From Octopus sinensis (Eukaryota): DNA of 19,857 nucleotides. A program made the translations under genes and the position numbers. The notes under the pieces are model-generated. The model did no database searches. It saw nothing but the letters and a program-made list of their open reading frames with translations, and was not told where the DNA came from. The stretch lies in NCBI RefSeq assembly GCF_006345805.1, contig NW_021824098.1, forward strand, positions 1 to 19,857, read 5' to 3'. Below, piece by piece: positions 1 to 10,395 of the stretch. How positions within the stretch are numbered: position 1 is the stretch's first letter; each line of letters begins with the position of its first letter.

Positions 1-46
1 TTTTGGCAAAGTAATATAATATATTCCCTCTAATAAAATGTATATA

Positions 47-462
47 GGTGCAGGAGTGGCTGTGTGGTAAGTAGCTTGCTTCCCAACCACATGGTTCCGG
101 ATTCAGTGCCACTGCGTGGTACCTTGGGCAACAGTCTTCTACTGTAGCTTTGGACCAACCAAAGCCTTGTGAGTGGATTTGGTAGATGGAAACTGAAACC
201 CGTCGTATATACGTATATATTTAAATAAGTGTGTGTGTGTGTGTGTGTGTATGTGCATGCTTGTGTGTCTGAGTTTGTTCCCACGAAATAACTTTGGCAA
301 CCGATGCTGGTGTGTTTACGTCCCCGCAACTTAGCGGTTCGGCAAAACAGACCGATAGAATTAGTACTAGGCTTACAAAGAATAAGTCCTGGGGTCGATT
401 TGCTCGACTAAAAGCGGTGCTCCAGCATGGTCGCAGTTAAATGACTGAAACAAGTAAAAGAG
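47..462 (+). mobile_element. tRNA-derived SINE, family A, near full length
   Basis: A-box-like TGGCTGTGTGG (57-67), B-box-like GATTCAGTGCC (100-110), CORE-like ACCTTGGGCAA, internal (TA)/(TG) tract, and 3' part ending CAGTTAAATGACTGAAACAAGTAAAAGAG. The same sequence recurs many times in the window. Confidence 0.9.
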
Positions 463-802
463 TATATATGTGTGTGTGTGTGTCTTCGTGTGTGTGTGTG
501 TGTCTTCGTGTGTGTGTGTGTCTTCGTGTGTGTGTGTGTCTTCGTGTGTGTGTGTGTGTATAAAAGTGCGTATATATATGTATATATATACGTATGTATA
601 TATATGTGTATATGTATATATATGTATGTATATATGTGTATGTATATGTATATGTATATGTATGTATATATATATATGTATATATATTCTATATTCATAT
701 ATACACGCATATATACACATGCATACATACCTACATAGCATACCCCTACATACATAAACCTACACGCTTACACACATATATATACATATATATATATATA
801 TG
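463..802. repeat. Compound microsatellite: (TG)n-TCTTC unit x4, then TA/TATG/CATA tracts
   Basis: Directly visible; an 18-20 bp GTGTGTGTGTGTGTCTTC unit repeats about 4 times at 469-558. Confidence 0.95.
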
Positions 803-986
803 TAAGCACGGAGAGGGAGAGAGAGATTGAGGTGGAGAGATAGAGAAAGAAATCGAGGAGTAAAGGCGGGGCAGGGGGAGGCGAGTAAGAGATAAAGGTG
901 GAAGAGGAGAAAAAAAGGAGGAAAGAGGAGGGTGGTGGTGGTGGCGGACGGTGACTGTTTGAAGAAGAGGGGTTGGGGGGGCAACA

Positions 987-1127
987 ATGGCTGAGGAGAC
1001 GGAAGGTTCCGGTCAAATGAAATGTATGAGAGTCGACAGACAGAGGGAAGAGATGGCGGACTCAGACTGCCTGGCGCCAACGACTGACACGGATCGTCGG
1101 TTGTCAATAGATTTTACAAACTGGTAG
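987..1127 (+). other. Candidate small ORF or first coding exon (46 aa, MAEETEGSGQMKCMRVDRQREEMADSDCLAPTTDTDRRLSIDFTNW) in a unique-sequence island
   Basis: ATG at 987 in strong Kozak context (ACAATGG), four in-frame ATGs, stop TAG 1125-1127, GC-box-like GGCGGGGC near 865. No recognisable homology. Confidence 0.15.
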
Positions 1128-1266
1128 AATCCGGCCAGGTGTAAGCTGCTCTGCTGCGTTCTACTACTGTTCCACTGCTGCCGTACTACTGCCGTACTGC
1201 TGCCGTTCCACTGCTGTTCTACTGCTCTACAAAAAGCTTCGTATAAAATTCACACAGACAATGTCA

Positions 1267-1514
1267 AGAGAGAGAGAGAGCGAGGGAGCGAGGGAGGAGG
1301 TGGGTGGTGGGTGGTTTTTGAGACAAGGACTGGTGGATGTTTATGAGTGTATGGGTGAGCGCGTGTGTGTGTGTGTGCGCGCGTGTGTAAGAGGGTACTG
1401 AGCAGGTGTGTATATGTGTGTATATGATTCTTTCTGTTCAGTTTTTGTTAAAGAACGAACGAGAAAGTGATGTGGGTGCACGAAGTGAGGGAGACAGAGA
1501 AAGGTGTTTGGGTG

Positions 1515-1552
<38 letters not shown>

Positions 1553-1592
1553 AAGAGGAGTAGAAAGAGGTATAAAAGTGAGAGAGAGAGAG

Positions 1593-1684
<92 letters not shown>

Positions 1685-2395
1685 GATGGATAGATAGATA
1701 GATAGGAGAGAGAGAGAGAGATAGAGAGAGAGATAGAAATAGAGAGATATTTAGAAATAGAGAGATATATATAGATATGGACAGGGAGAGAGGGAGAGAC
1801 TGAGTGAAAAGATCATTAAGGAAATGAGAGAGAGGAGAAAAACGATAGTGAGATAGAGAGATAAGTGGTGAGAGAGACTGAGAGTGAGAGTCTGTGCGTG
1901 TGCGTGAGAATGTGGAGAGAGAGAGAGAGAGAACAGAGGGAAATGGGAGTGGGGAGTGAGAAGTTGCCGGAGAGAGAGAGAGAGAGTGAGATGATAGAGA
2001 GAGAATCTACGCGGGTGAGAGAGAGAAAAAGAGACAGGAATCAGAAAGAGTGTGAGAGAGAGGGAGGGAGGGAGAAAGAGAGAGAGAGAGAGAGAAATGA
2101 AGAGACAAAAGAATAGGTGATTGAGAAGGAGAGAGAGAGAGACAGAGAGAGAGACAGAGAGAGAGAGAGAGAAAATAGGAAGTGAATGAGAGAGAGAAAG
2201 GAAGAGAGAAAAGAATAGGTGATTGAGAAGGAGAGAGAGAGAGACAGAGAGAGAGAGAGAGAAAATAGGAAGTGAATGAGAGAGAGAAAGGAAGAGAGAA
2301 AAGAACAAGTGATTGAGAGAGAGAGAGAGAGAGAAACAAAAAAAAAATGAGAACAAGGGAAAGAGATTGCTAGAAAGAGGAAGAAAAGAGGTGAG
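1267..2395. repeat. Purine-rich (GA)n/(GATA)n low-complexity tract, including a ~90-bp higher-order unit at 2107-2318
   Basis: AAAAGAATAGGTGATTGAGAAGG...AGGAAGTGAATGAG unit starts at 2107, 2209 and 2299 (last partial). Confidence 0.9.
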
Positions 2396-2439
2396 TGATA
2401 GCAATGTCATCTCGTCCAAAAAGGATTATATTAGATTAG

Positions 2440-2662
2440 TGGCGTGTGTGTGCGTGTGTGTGTGTGTGTGCATGTGCGTGTGTGTGTGACAGTTAGGGTG
2501 GTGAATGTAATGTTGACTTTTTTCTTCTCCTCCTCCTTTTCTCTCCTCTTCTGCGTCTATGAGCGCGTGCGCGCACTGTTTATGCGTGTGTGCGTGCATA
2601 GTATGTTTATATATATTTTGCACGTCTTTGTTATACACGCACGTGTTTCTTGTATATAATAT

Positions 2663-2708
<46 letters not shown>

Positions 2709-2789
2709 ACACACACATAGGAATCTATATACTTTTATACACACACGCGTATGTATATATGTGAGTACATTTTTATGCATACACACACG

Positions 2790-2825
<36 letters not shown>

Positions 2826-2870
2826 AACATATATACACATATATACACATGCACATATGCGTGCGTGTGT
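2440..2870. repeat. (TG)n/(CA)n/(TA)n microsatellites
   Basis: Directly visible. Confidence 0.9.
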
Positions 2871-2871
2871 G

Positions 2872-2940
2872 CACGCCTTTGTGTTTGTCCCGCATGCTTG
2901 ATTACCGGTGTTGGTTTGTTTACACGTCCGTAACTAAGTG
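2872..2940 (+). mobile_element. SINE family A internal fragment
   Basis: GTGTTTGTCCC...CCGGTGTTGGTTTGTTTAC...CCGTAACT matches the segment following the internal microsatellite in other copies. Confidence 0.65.
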
Positions 2941-3196
2941 GCGCAAAAACTTTGTGGTACCATCCATCCTTTGTCCATACAAAGCATTTGTACAGTCTGA
3001 CCTAAGTTTTCCCTAAATGCCTATCAGTGTTTTCAGCCTTTTAGTTCAGCCCTTGTTTCATTCGTATAGAATAATATAAAGCTTTCCTTACCTAATTCCT
3101 AGCGATTGGAGAAAAATTGGTAACGTGTATCATTTATGATGCAAGAACGCCAGGGCAATAGGTTCCGTGTGTCACATGGAATACACAGGACAAAGT

Positions 3197-3470
3197 TTTA
3201 AATCTGTCGCTGTGATACGGATTTCTGAGGGATCCACGTAGCATCGGTTTAATTGCGCAGAGAATGGTAAAAAGGTGTGTCTGTATACAAGGGTGTCTGT
3301 ATATAAGGGGTCTGTATCTTGTGTAGGCATCCTGGGTTTACTTTAAACCTGTTGCTGTGGATCCGGAATTCTTATTGGTGTACCAGGCATCGGTTTAGTT
3401 GTACTGAGAATGGTAAAAAGATGTGACCTTTCATGTCATCTGCATACGAAGCTGTCTGTATCTTTTGTGG
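3197..3470. repeat. Diverged ~145-bp tandem duplication, probably internal to an unclassified DNA element
   Basis: Shared anchors: TTTAAA.CTGT.GCTGTG (3197/3342), GCATCGGTTTA (3241/3387), GAGAATGGTAAAAAG (3260/3406), GTCTGTATCTT (3310/3454). Confidence 0.8.
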
Positions 3471-3473
3471 CTA

Positions 3474-3801
3474 TTCTTTTGTTTCAGTCATTTGACTGCA
3501 GCCATGCGAGAGCACCGCCTTTAGTCGAGCAAATCGACCCCAGGACTTATTCTTTGTAAGCCCAGTACTTATTCTATCGGTGTCTTTTGCAGAACCGCCA
3601 AGTTACGGGGACGTAAACACACGAGTATCGATTGTCAAACGATGTTGGGGGGACAAACACAGACACACAAACACACACACATACACGACGAGCTTCTTTC
3701 AGTTTCTGTTTACCAAATCCACTCAAAAGGTTCTAGTTGGCCCGATGCTATAGTAGAAGACACTTGCCCAAGGTGCCACGCAGTGGGACTGAACCCCGAA
3801 A
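3474..3801 (-). mobile_element. SINE family A, 5'-truncated by ~45 bp
   Basis: Reverse complement of the 47-462 copy (GTTTCAGTCATTTGACTGC...CACTTGCCCAAGGTGCCACGCAGTGGGACTGAACC). Confidence 0.9.
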
Positions 3802-4567
3802 CAGACTTGTTAGCACCCAGCCCCGCATGCACCTAATCAGGTGATAGTTTAATAATTAACCAGGTGACAAAGACTGATATCTTCGCCTATTTAGCACGAT
3901 TTTAGTCTACCACAAATTATATGCTCTGACGAATCTCAAAACCCGAACCGCTGGGGCATATGGAATTAAATGTCTTGGCCTCCTTCTTTCTCCTTCGCTT
4001 TCTATCTCTGTCTCACCCCCTCTTTCTCTATCTCTGTTGACTTCTCCCAGTTTTTTACTGCTCTTCTCTCGGAAGTTCTATGCAACGGGACACCCGCAGC
4101 GAATGCGAACTCGCAGCAACGCAGACTGCTGATCCAATTAATTAACCTCACAGCTTCATTACCAATCTAGCTTAATTATCGAGTTCAGATCCGTATATGA
4201 CACCGTTCATTCATATACGAACATAAATATAGAGATACCACACAACAGTTTTGAAATTAATCTTAATGCGAAAGCAAAATATATGCTTTCAATCATAAGA
4301 TTATGTACTACTGTCTGAAAAAGAGAACTCAATACAGGTGCTTGAGTTTATTTAATCGTTTGAAACTGATGACTTCATACGAGTCATCTATTGCAATCTA
4401 CTACATATACATACATACGTACGTACGTACGTAAGTACATACTTACATACATGCATACATGCATACATACATATGCGCATATCTAGGCATGCAAATATAT
4501 GCATGAGAATACACACATAAATGAAAAGTAGAAGATTCCGAGTTCGATTCCAAGCAGTGACCTGAAA

Positions 4568-4745
<178 letters not shown>

Positions 4746-4794
4746 CATCGAAAAATACCTTAGGAATGAGAATCCAGGTTCGAAATTTCTCCAA

Positions 4795-4840
4795 GATAGC
4801 TGATGAAGGCTGGAGGGTATATCAGTCGAAACGTTGTGTT
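4795..4840 (+). ncRNA. Minimal type I hammerhead ribozyme motif, Penelope-like-element type, stem I degraded
   Basis: CTGATGA (4800-4806), extra A, stem II GGCTG/CAGTC (4808-4812/4823-4827), GAAA (4828-4831), palindromic AACGTT in place of stem III with GUU triplet (4833-4835), and GATAG/GTGTT flanks with partial pairing. Confidence 0.65.
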
Positions 4841-4883
4841 GACAGCAAACAAACATCCGTCAATTGTAAATAATGTAAATACT

Positions 4884-4975
4884 GTAGAAGATACTAGCCC
4901 AATTTGCTACACACTGGGACTGAACCCGGAACCATGTGGTTGGGAAACAAGATTTTTACCACGCAGCCACGCCTG
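4884..4975 (-). mobile_element. SINE family A 5' fragment
   Basis: TGGGACTGAACCCGGAACCATGTGGTTGGGAAAC...TTACCACGCAGCCAC is the reverse complement of the tRNA-like head. Confidence 0.85.
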
Positions 4976-5376
4976 GTGATTCAATTTATCATCGTAGATT
5001 ATTATCCTATTTTACTTAATTAGTTATGATTAATCAAAGAAAATACTAGTCTAAACAGGGAATTTATATTAATGCGAATATAAAGACGGAGAAAAGCTCT
5101 GTTTTATTGTTAATGTTTTACCTTCTGTCGTTTTATTGTAGATCTGCTTTATGCGTTTTCTCTAAATTTGTATATGCTATTGAATTTCTGTGGATGATTA
5201 CGGAGTCTATTAATAAATTAGGATAATGAGGTTGAGCTGAAAGAGTTAATTATATGACCACCGCATATATGAGCTGTAAGTTTGTTTGTATGATGATTAT
5301 AGGTTCACACAAATACACGAGTGTATGTGAAGACAAAATGAATTAACAAATAAATGGTATGCATATTCCTCACTGG

Positions 5377-5436
5377 GTCTTTACAGCTGTTTCAGAAATG
5401 AATGTGTGGTTGATGTAATAATGCTCATTATACAAA
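5377..5436 (-). ncRNA. Degenerate hammerhead-like motif
   Basis: Minus strand reads GTATAATGAG...GAAACAGCTGTAAAGAC: GAAA, palindromic CAGCTG stem III and a GUA triplet are present, but the core is ATAATGA (2 mismatches to CUGAUGA) and stems I/II pair poorly. Confidence 0.3.
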
Positions 5437-5692
5437 CGGGGTGAGTAAGTGATGAAATAATACACATAAAATGATGAAGACGTAAACATGAAACATCAAT
5501 ATATTCAAGCTGAGGCGTGGAGGCACCGAACATTTCCTTCAGGAGTGAGGTTCGTCTGTGTGCGCATATATATATATATATTATATAATAATATATATAT
5601 ATAATATATATATATATGGTGTGGTGTGTGGTTGGTGGTGTGTGTGTGTTGTGGTGTGTGGTGTGTGGTGTGTGTGTGTAGATAGATATATA

Positions 5693-6150
5693 TGGCAGTG
5701 CATACCATCAAAGTGACACTGGGGTACAAGTATACGAAGCCCAAAGGGTACATCAGGCACATGCATCACAACCAGTTGCGTGTGACATGGTGATCTCATA
5801 TCAAGATAAACAAGGCATGACCTTGCAGGTGGGGCCATCTTAGAAATTCCTTCAGGTTGAGTAACACATTCTGCTTAAAAGGTTTCTGAATAAGGTTTGC
5901 TTAAGCATGTTGAACGAAACGCCCATGTTTCCAGAGGTAAATTATCCAAACCCCAACATGGCTATGATGCTCCCCCTCAACCTCTACTCATCATCAGAGT
6001 TGTATATATCATCAGCCACTAAGGAGCAGGCCCAACTTGTTAAGGTCAAACAAATGACACGCAAATCAGTAGTATTGAGTTGAATATTTGCAGTAGCCCG
6101 TCTTTTATACAAGACAAAGGATGTACATGATAACACTTCCAATCAGTTAT
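5693..6150. mobile_element. Probable interspersed repeat, unclassified
   Basis: Complex-sequence block between microsatellites that resembles a recurrent octopus repeat as I recall it. No ORF or terminal structure seen, so support from this window alone is weak. Confidence 0.35.
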
Positions 6151-6197
6151 GATTAGAGGCCATTTATCGACCCCGAAACGATGATAGGCACCAGGGT

Positions 6198-6392
<195 letters not shown>

Positions 6393-6693
6393 ATAACTGT
6401 TTAATGTTTGATAGGTTGAGACAAATTTCTACAGCATAACCTGCTACCCCTCCGTGTTTCTGGGGTGTGTGCAGCATTGTGGGATCCTTTTTGCTTTTGG
6501 GTGTGTACAAACTTTTCTCAGTTCTGTACTATGTTCATTTTCTTCTCTTGAGTTGTGGTGCAGTCTTTTGTTGTGTTACTGCTTGTTTTATTTGTTGAGT
6601 GTGTAATGCATTGGTTATCGAGCTTACCGGTGGAAGTTTATTTCAAGGCATAACTACAGATTCCTGCCCTACCCAGACTTTGGATGATCATAT

Positions 6694-6944
6694 CTTTCAG
6701 AAAAATGAATATTTTTAAATGAAATGTTCTACAAATATGTGTTATATCAAGTAGATCCGGAATATACAAAACTTTTTGGGGAAAGTATTTTAGAAGGGAG
6801 TGAGATGGGAAATTTCGAGAAATTCACCAGCGTCCACTTCAATTCGTCTTAACTTTCAAGAAAATCGATATTTTAAAATGAAATTTTCTACAAATATACC
6901 TCGGACTATGTAGATTTCGAGAACATAGGAATTTGGGGGGAAAA
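6694..6944. repeat. Diverged duplication, period ~159 bp
   Basis: CTTTCA...ATATTTT.AAATGAAAT.TTCTACAAATAT...GTAGAT at 6694-6756 and 6853-6915. Confidence 0.75.
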
Positions 6945-7501
6945 CAATTGGAGTTACTTTGGAGGACCGTTCGCCATTTGAGGGTGTTTCGGAACAAGTC
7001 GTCCATATTTGTTACACTTCATTTTGTGCGTGTGTGCATCCGTAGATTTCTGCTGAAGCAGCAGTAAAAATCCAAGTCGCCCATGTTTGTTTCATTTTCT
7101 CCGTTATTCAAAAGAGTTTAATCCGGCCTCGCGCAACTTAAAGTTCGTTACAGGAACCTTGATCTTCCTGTACAAGTGGCCGAATGGTGAGATAGAGGAA
7201 GTCGGAGTTGGTCAAAGCGGGTCACATAACGTTGTTGTATATAGTATTGAATTTCCAGCGACATCAAATACATAAAGTGCATAGAAATTCCAGTCGGAAA
7301 CTCTTGGACCGCCTGGCTGGATAGGAAGCTGGTGGCGTCTCGCTGTCTGGATAACATTTGGAAAAACTTAAGTTTAAAAACACTTTTAAGTGATGGCCAT
7401 AAAAGAACACAACGGCGTGTTAGGCGCTCCCGAATTTCAGCAGCGCATATTTAGGAAAAAAAGGGTTCAGTGCATCAAAGTATTTAAAGCAACATTGCAT
7501 A

Positions 7502-7577
7502 GTTGTGGCTGTGTGAAAAGAAGTGTGCTTCCCGAACACATGGTTCTAGGTTCAGTTCCAATGCCTGGCACCTTGGA
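7502..7577 (+). mobile_element. SINE family A 5' fragment
   Basis: GTGGCTGTGTG...CACATGGTTCTAGGTTCAGTTCCA...TGGCACCTTGG. Confidence 0.8.
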
Positions 7578-7650
7578 GTGGTTTTTGGAGACATATTTTC
7601 GAGATATAAAAAAGTGCGCCTTATATATCTTCAAATAGGACACCCATACA

Positions 7651-7691
<41 letters not shown>

Positions 7692-7944
7692 CACACACGC
7701 GCGCGAGCGCAAACATACTCACACACGCGCGCGGGCATTCATGCACATGCTTTTATATAATGTTGACGACATGAGGATCTTTAAATTTTCGAGAAAACGA
7801 ACTAATTTGTTTTCTGAAATATCTCGAGGCTCGACTACAAACCTTCCTGCTTTCCTATCGCCCCCCCCCCAATTTTCTTTTCAACCCAATATTTACTTCC
7901 TATTATTTGTAGCTTTATGCGTGTGCTTCGAGATATTCCGAAAA

Positions 7945-8347
7945 GGAAGCGTGGCTTTGTGGTAAGACGCTTGTTTCTCAACCACATGGTTCCGGGTTCG
8001 TTCCCACTGCGTGGCACGTTGGGCGAGTGTCGTCTACTATGGCCTCGGGCCGATCGAAACCTTGTGAGTGGATTTAGTAGACGGAAACTGAAAGAAGCCC
8101 GTTGTATATTATATATATATATGTATGTATATTTGTGTGTGTATGTCTGTGTTTGTCCCTCCATCATTGCTTGACAACTGATGTTCGTGTGTTTACGTCC
8201 CTGTAACATAGTAGTTTAACAAAAGAAACCAATAGAATAAGTACTAAGCTCACAAAGAATATATCCTGGGGTCGAGATGTTCGACTAAAGGCAGTGCTTC
8301 AGCATGGCCGCAGTCAAATGACTGAAACAAGTAAAGGAATAAAAATA
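7945..8347 (+). mobile_element. SINE family A, full length
   Basis: Colinear with 47-462 over head, CORE-like segment, internal TA/TG tract and GACTGAAACAAGTAAA tail. Confidence 0.9.
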
Positions 8348-8460
8348 CATTCACAAATATACACACAAACACACACACATACACATATGCATACATATAT
8401 ACATATGTGTATGCGTGTGTATGTGTGTATATAAATAATGCGGATCTGCACACACATAAA

Positions 8461-8629
8461 GGTGTTGGTGTGGCGTGGCTATGTGGTAAGAAGTTTGCTT
8501 CCCAACCACACGTCCCAGGTTCAGTCCCTCTGCGTGGCAGCTTGTATAAGTGCCTTCTATTATAGCCTCGGGCCAATCAAAACCTTGTGAGTGAATTTGG
8601 TAGACGGAAACTGAAAGAAACTCGTCGTA

Positions 8630-8630
<1 letters not shown>
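8461..8630 (+). mobile_element. SINE family A 5' half, ending in (ATCT)n
   Basis: Head through GGAAACTGAAAGAAACTCGTCG, then (ATCT)n to ~8715. Confidence 0.88.
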
Positions 8631-8702
<72 letters not shown>

Positions 8703-8749
8703 GTCTATCTATCTATTTTTATTGAAAAGCAGCAGAAATATTACAAAAA

Positions 8750-8787
8750 CTGTTGCTCAGAGTTTCACTTTCCCGTTTGTCGGACAG
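8750..8787 (-). ncRNA. Second, antisense hammerhead copy (more degraded)
   Basis: Minus strand reads CTGT-CCGACAA-ACG-GGAA-AGT-GAAA-CTC-T-GAG-CA-ACAG. Confidence 0.5.
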
Positions 8788-8791
8788 TTTT

Positions 8792-8834
8792 CTGTCCGAC
8801 GAACGCGAACGTGACGTGAAACTCTGAGCAACAG
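8792..8834 (+). ncRNA. Type I hammerhead ribozyme motif (variant core)
   Basis: Stem I CTGT/ACAG; core CCGACGA (U4C); stem II ACG...CGT; GAAA; stem III CTC-T-GAG; triplet GCA instead of GUA. Confidence 0.6.
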
Positions 8835-8936
8835 TTTCTGCAATATTTCTGCTGCTTTTCAATAAAGCATATTACTCTACCTCTGGTATTCGAGTACTAT
8901 TTCTTCCACCTTGTTTCGCATGTATGTGCTTATTCT

Positions 8937-8972
<36 letters not shown>

Positions 8973-9573
8973 ACACACACACACATACAAATGGGACAAG
9001 AAATCAAAACATCCAGACAGATAGGTGATACAAAAAAGGGACAACTAAGCATCCAGACAGACGATACAAGGGAAATAAGTACGGGTCATTCGGAGTTTTC
9101 TTTCCCCAGTCGAGTTCCAGATTATCTTTGCAATTTCGGCAGGTTATACTCGAGATTGCTCCAATATGGCCGGTCCCAAGGAAAAACTAAGCTAAGAGCA
9201 TTAGATTCCTTGGAAGAAAGCAGCGAATGTATACAAAAACAAGGACAGAAAAAAACGGAGAAATGTTACACAAATACAAAAGCAAATAAGGATATTATCA
9301 ACAGGTGTCTTTCGACTAAGGACGAATTAAATTAAGCTGGTGTGTGTGGAAGTAAAGCGTTACGGTAAAGACATAGGATCTGACAGGCATAGGGAGGAAT
9401 ATAGATGTTGCACGGATGGCAGCTGGGCCAAGAAAGAAAGGTCAGGCTTGGCCGAACACCAGTCACGTGGGGAGAGAAGAGAGAGAGGTAGAGGCAGAGG
9501 GATAGAAGAATTAAGGAAGGGTGATATGTATGTATGTGTGTGCGTGTGTGTATGTGTGTGTGTCTGTGTTTGT

Positions 9574-9799
9574 GAAGGTGCATGGCTTAGTGGTGAGGCT
9601 GTTGCACTCACGATTGCGAGGGCGTGGTTTCGATTCCCAGACCGGGCATTGTGCTGTGTTCTTGAGCAAAGCACTTCATCTCTTGTTGCTCTGCTATCAT
9701 TTCGTCATCTGACATGTAGCCCATGGTGCACCTGTACAGGTGATGTCGATTTGATGGAATGAGTGAGCTTATGTGAACACGGAAATTTCATCACTATAA
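9574..9799 (+). mobile_element. tRNA-derived CORE-like SINE, family C
   Basis: A box TGGCTTAGTGG (9583-9593), B box GTTTCGATTCC (9627-9637), CORE-like GTGTTCTTGAGCAAAGCACTT. Confidence 0.8.
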
Positions 9800-10128
9800 A
9801 TCAATCATCATTCATCATTGTTCGACCGTGGTCGAGACAGTGGAATTTATTATGCTACGCCAGACTTCACGGTCCATCATAGCATTACGGAGGTCCTGTT
9901 GCAGGATGCCTGTATCCCTGGAGATTACATCAGTGTAGGAGAGTGTGCACCCTCTGGTATCGCGAGCAGATGGCTTCCAGAGATGAAGAGTAGAAATTAC
10001 CTCGTTTTCAGCTCTACAACAATGTCCAGCAAACCGGGCTCTTCTACCTTTCACAAGAGATGATACAGGTGGTAATTTCCCATATATTTTGTACTTTGGT
10101 TGGTGACGCTTCCACGACAGATTTTGAG
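9800..10128 (-). mobile_element. 5'-truncated non-LTR retrotransposon (RTE/RTEX-like), C-terminus of ORF plus (TGA)-type tail
   Basis: Translation SWKRH...IYGKLPPVS...RRARFAGHCCR...LWKP...DTG...AMMDREVWR matches the typical RTE-clade C-terminal pattern (RRLRFAGH, DR..WR). The stop is followed directly by TGATGAATGATGATTGA. Confidence 0.85.
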
Positions 10129-10231
10129 AAAAGACTATAAACAAATCATCATTGTTGTTATTCAGCAAGTAATTGCCGATCCCTCATACACTGTCTCGCG
10201 AGGGGAGCGTCCATGTTTTATTTGTGGAAGT

Positions 10232-10395
10232 GTATGTGCTTGTGTGTATGTATGTTTTCCCTCTGCCACCGCTTGACAACCGGTGTTGGTGTTTTTACAT
10301 CCGCGTAACTTAGAAGTTTGGCAAAACAAACCAATAGATTGTCGATTCTTTGAACTAAAATTCTTCAAGGCGGTGCCCCAGCAAGTAAAATGAGT
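10232..10395 (+). mobile_element. SINE family A 3' part, with deletions
   Basis: CACCGCTTGACAACCGGTGTTGGTGT...GTAACTTAG...GGCAAAA...AAGGCGGTGCCCCAGCA. Confidence 0.8.

Larger units (their letters stand above)
8718..8938. mobile_element. Penelope-like terminal-repeat remnant with inverted duplication (arms 8718-8787 / 8792-8866)
   Basis: Near-perfect ~70-bp inverted repeat around a TTTT loop. Each arm carries a hammerhead motif and an AATAAA; the plus arm continues ~70 bp further to a (TA)n tract. The Penelope assignment is inferred from this architecture. Confidence 0.6.

Noticed and set aside
30-329. Recurrent ORF motif FSFHLPNPLTRLW...SGTEPGTMWL (also 7835, 12750, 18807)
   Set aside because: Antisense translation of SINE family A, not a gene family.
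469-558. CRISPR-like regular repeats
   Set aside because: Eukaryotic context, spacers are (TG)n rather than unique sequence, and no cas genes.
373-830. Multiple ORFs rich in YI/HT/CV/MY
   Set aside because: Translations of dinucleotide and tetranucleotide microsatellites. The same applies to similar ORFs throughout the window.
1751-2419. 222-aa Leu/Ser/Phe ORF resembling a membrane protein
   Set aside because: Translation of the (TC)n strand of a GA tract.
4366-4388. CTGATGA followed by a hairpin
   Set aside because: No GAAA after the stem and CTGATGA is itself paired; not a hammerhead.
5985-6018. Two CTGATGA motifs on the minus strand
   Set aside because: No stem II or GAAA at a suitable distance.
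8718-8866. Canonical pre-miRNA or rho-independent terminator
   Set aside because: The stem is longer and more perfect than typical animal pre-miRNAs, the hammerhead/inverted-repeat origin explains it better, and the DNA is not prokaryotic.
9078-9115. Hammerhead-like order on the minus strand (CTGGGGA...GAAT...GTA)
   Set aside because: Both core boxes are mismatched and stem I does not pair. The overlapping 114-aa ORF (8991-9335) also shows no recognisable domain.
9574-9645. tRNA gene
   Set aside because: A and B boxes are present, but no full cloverleaf, and it continues into a CORE-like SINE body.
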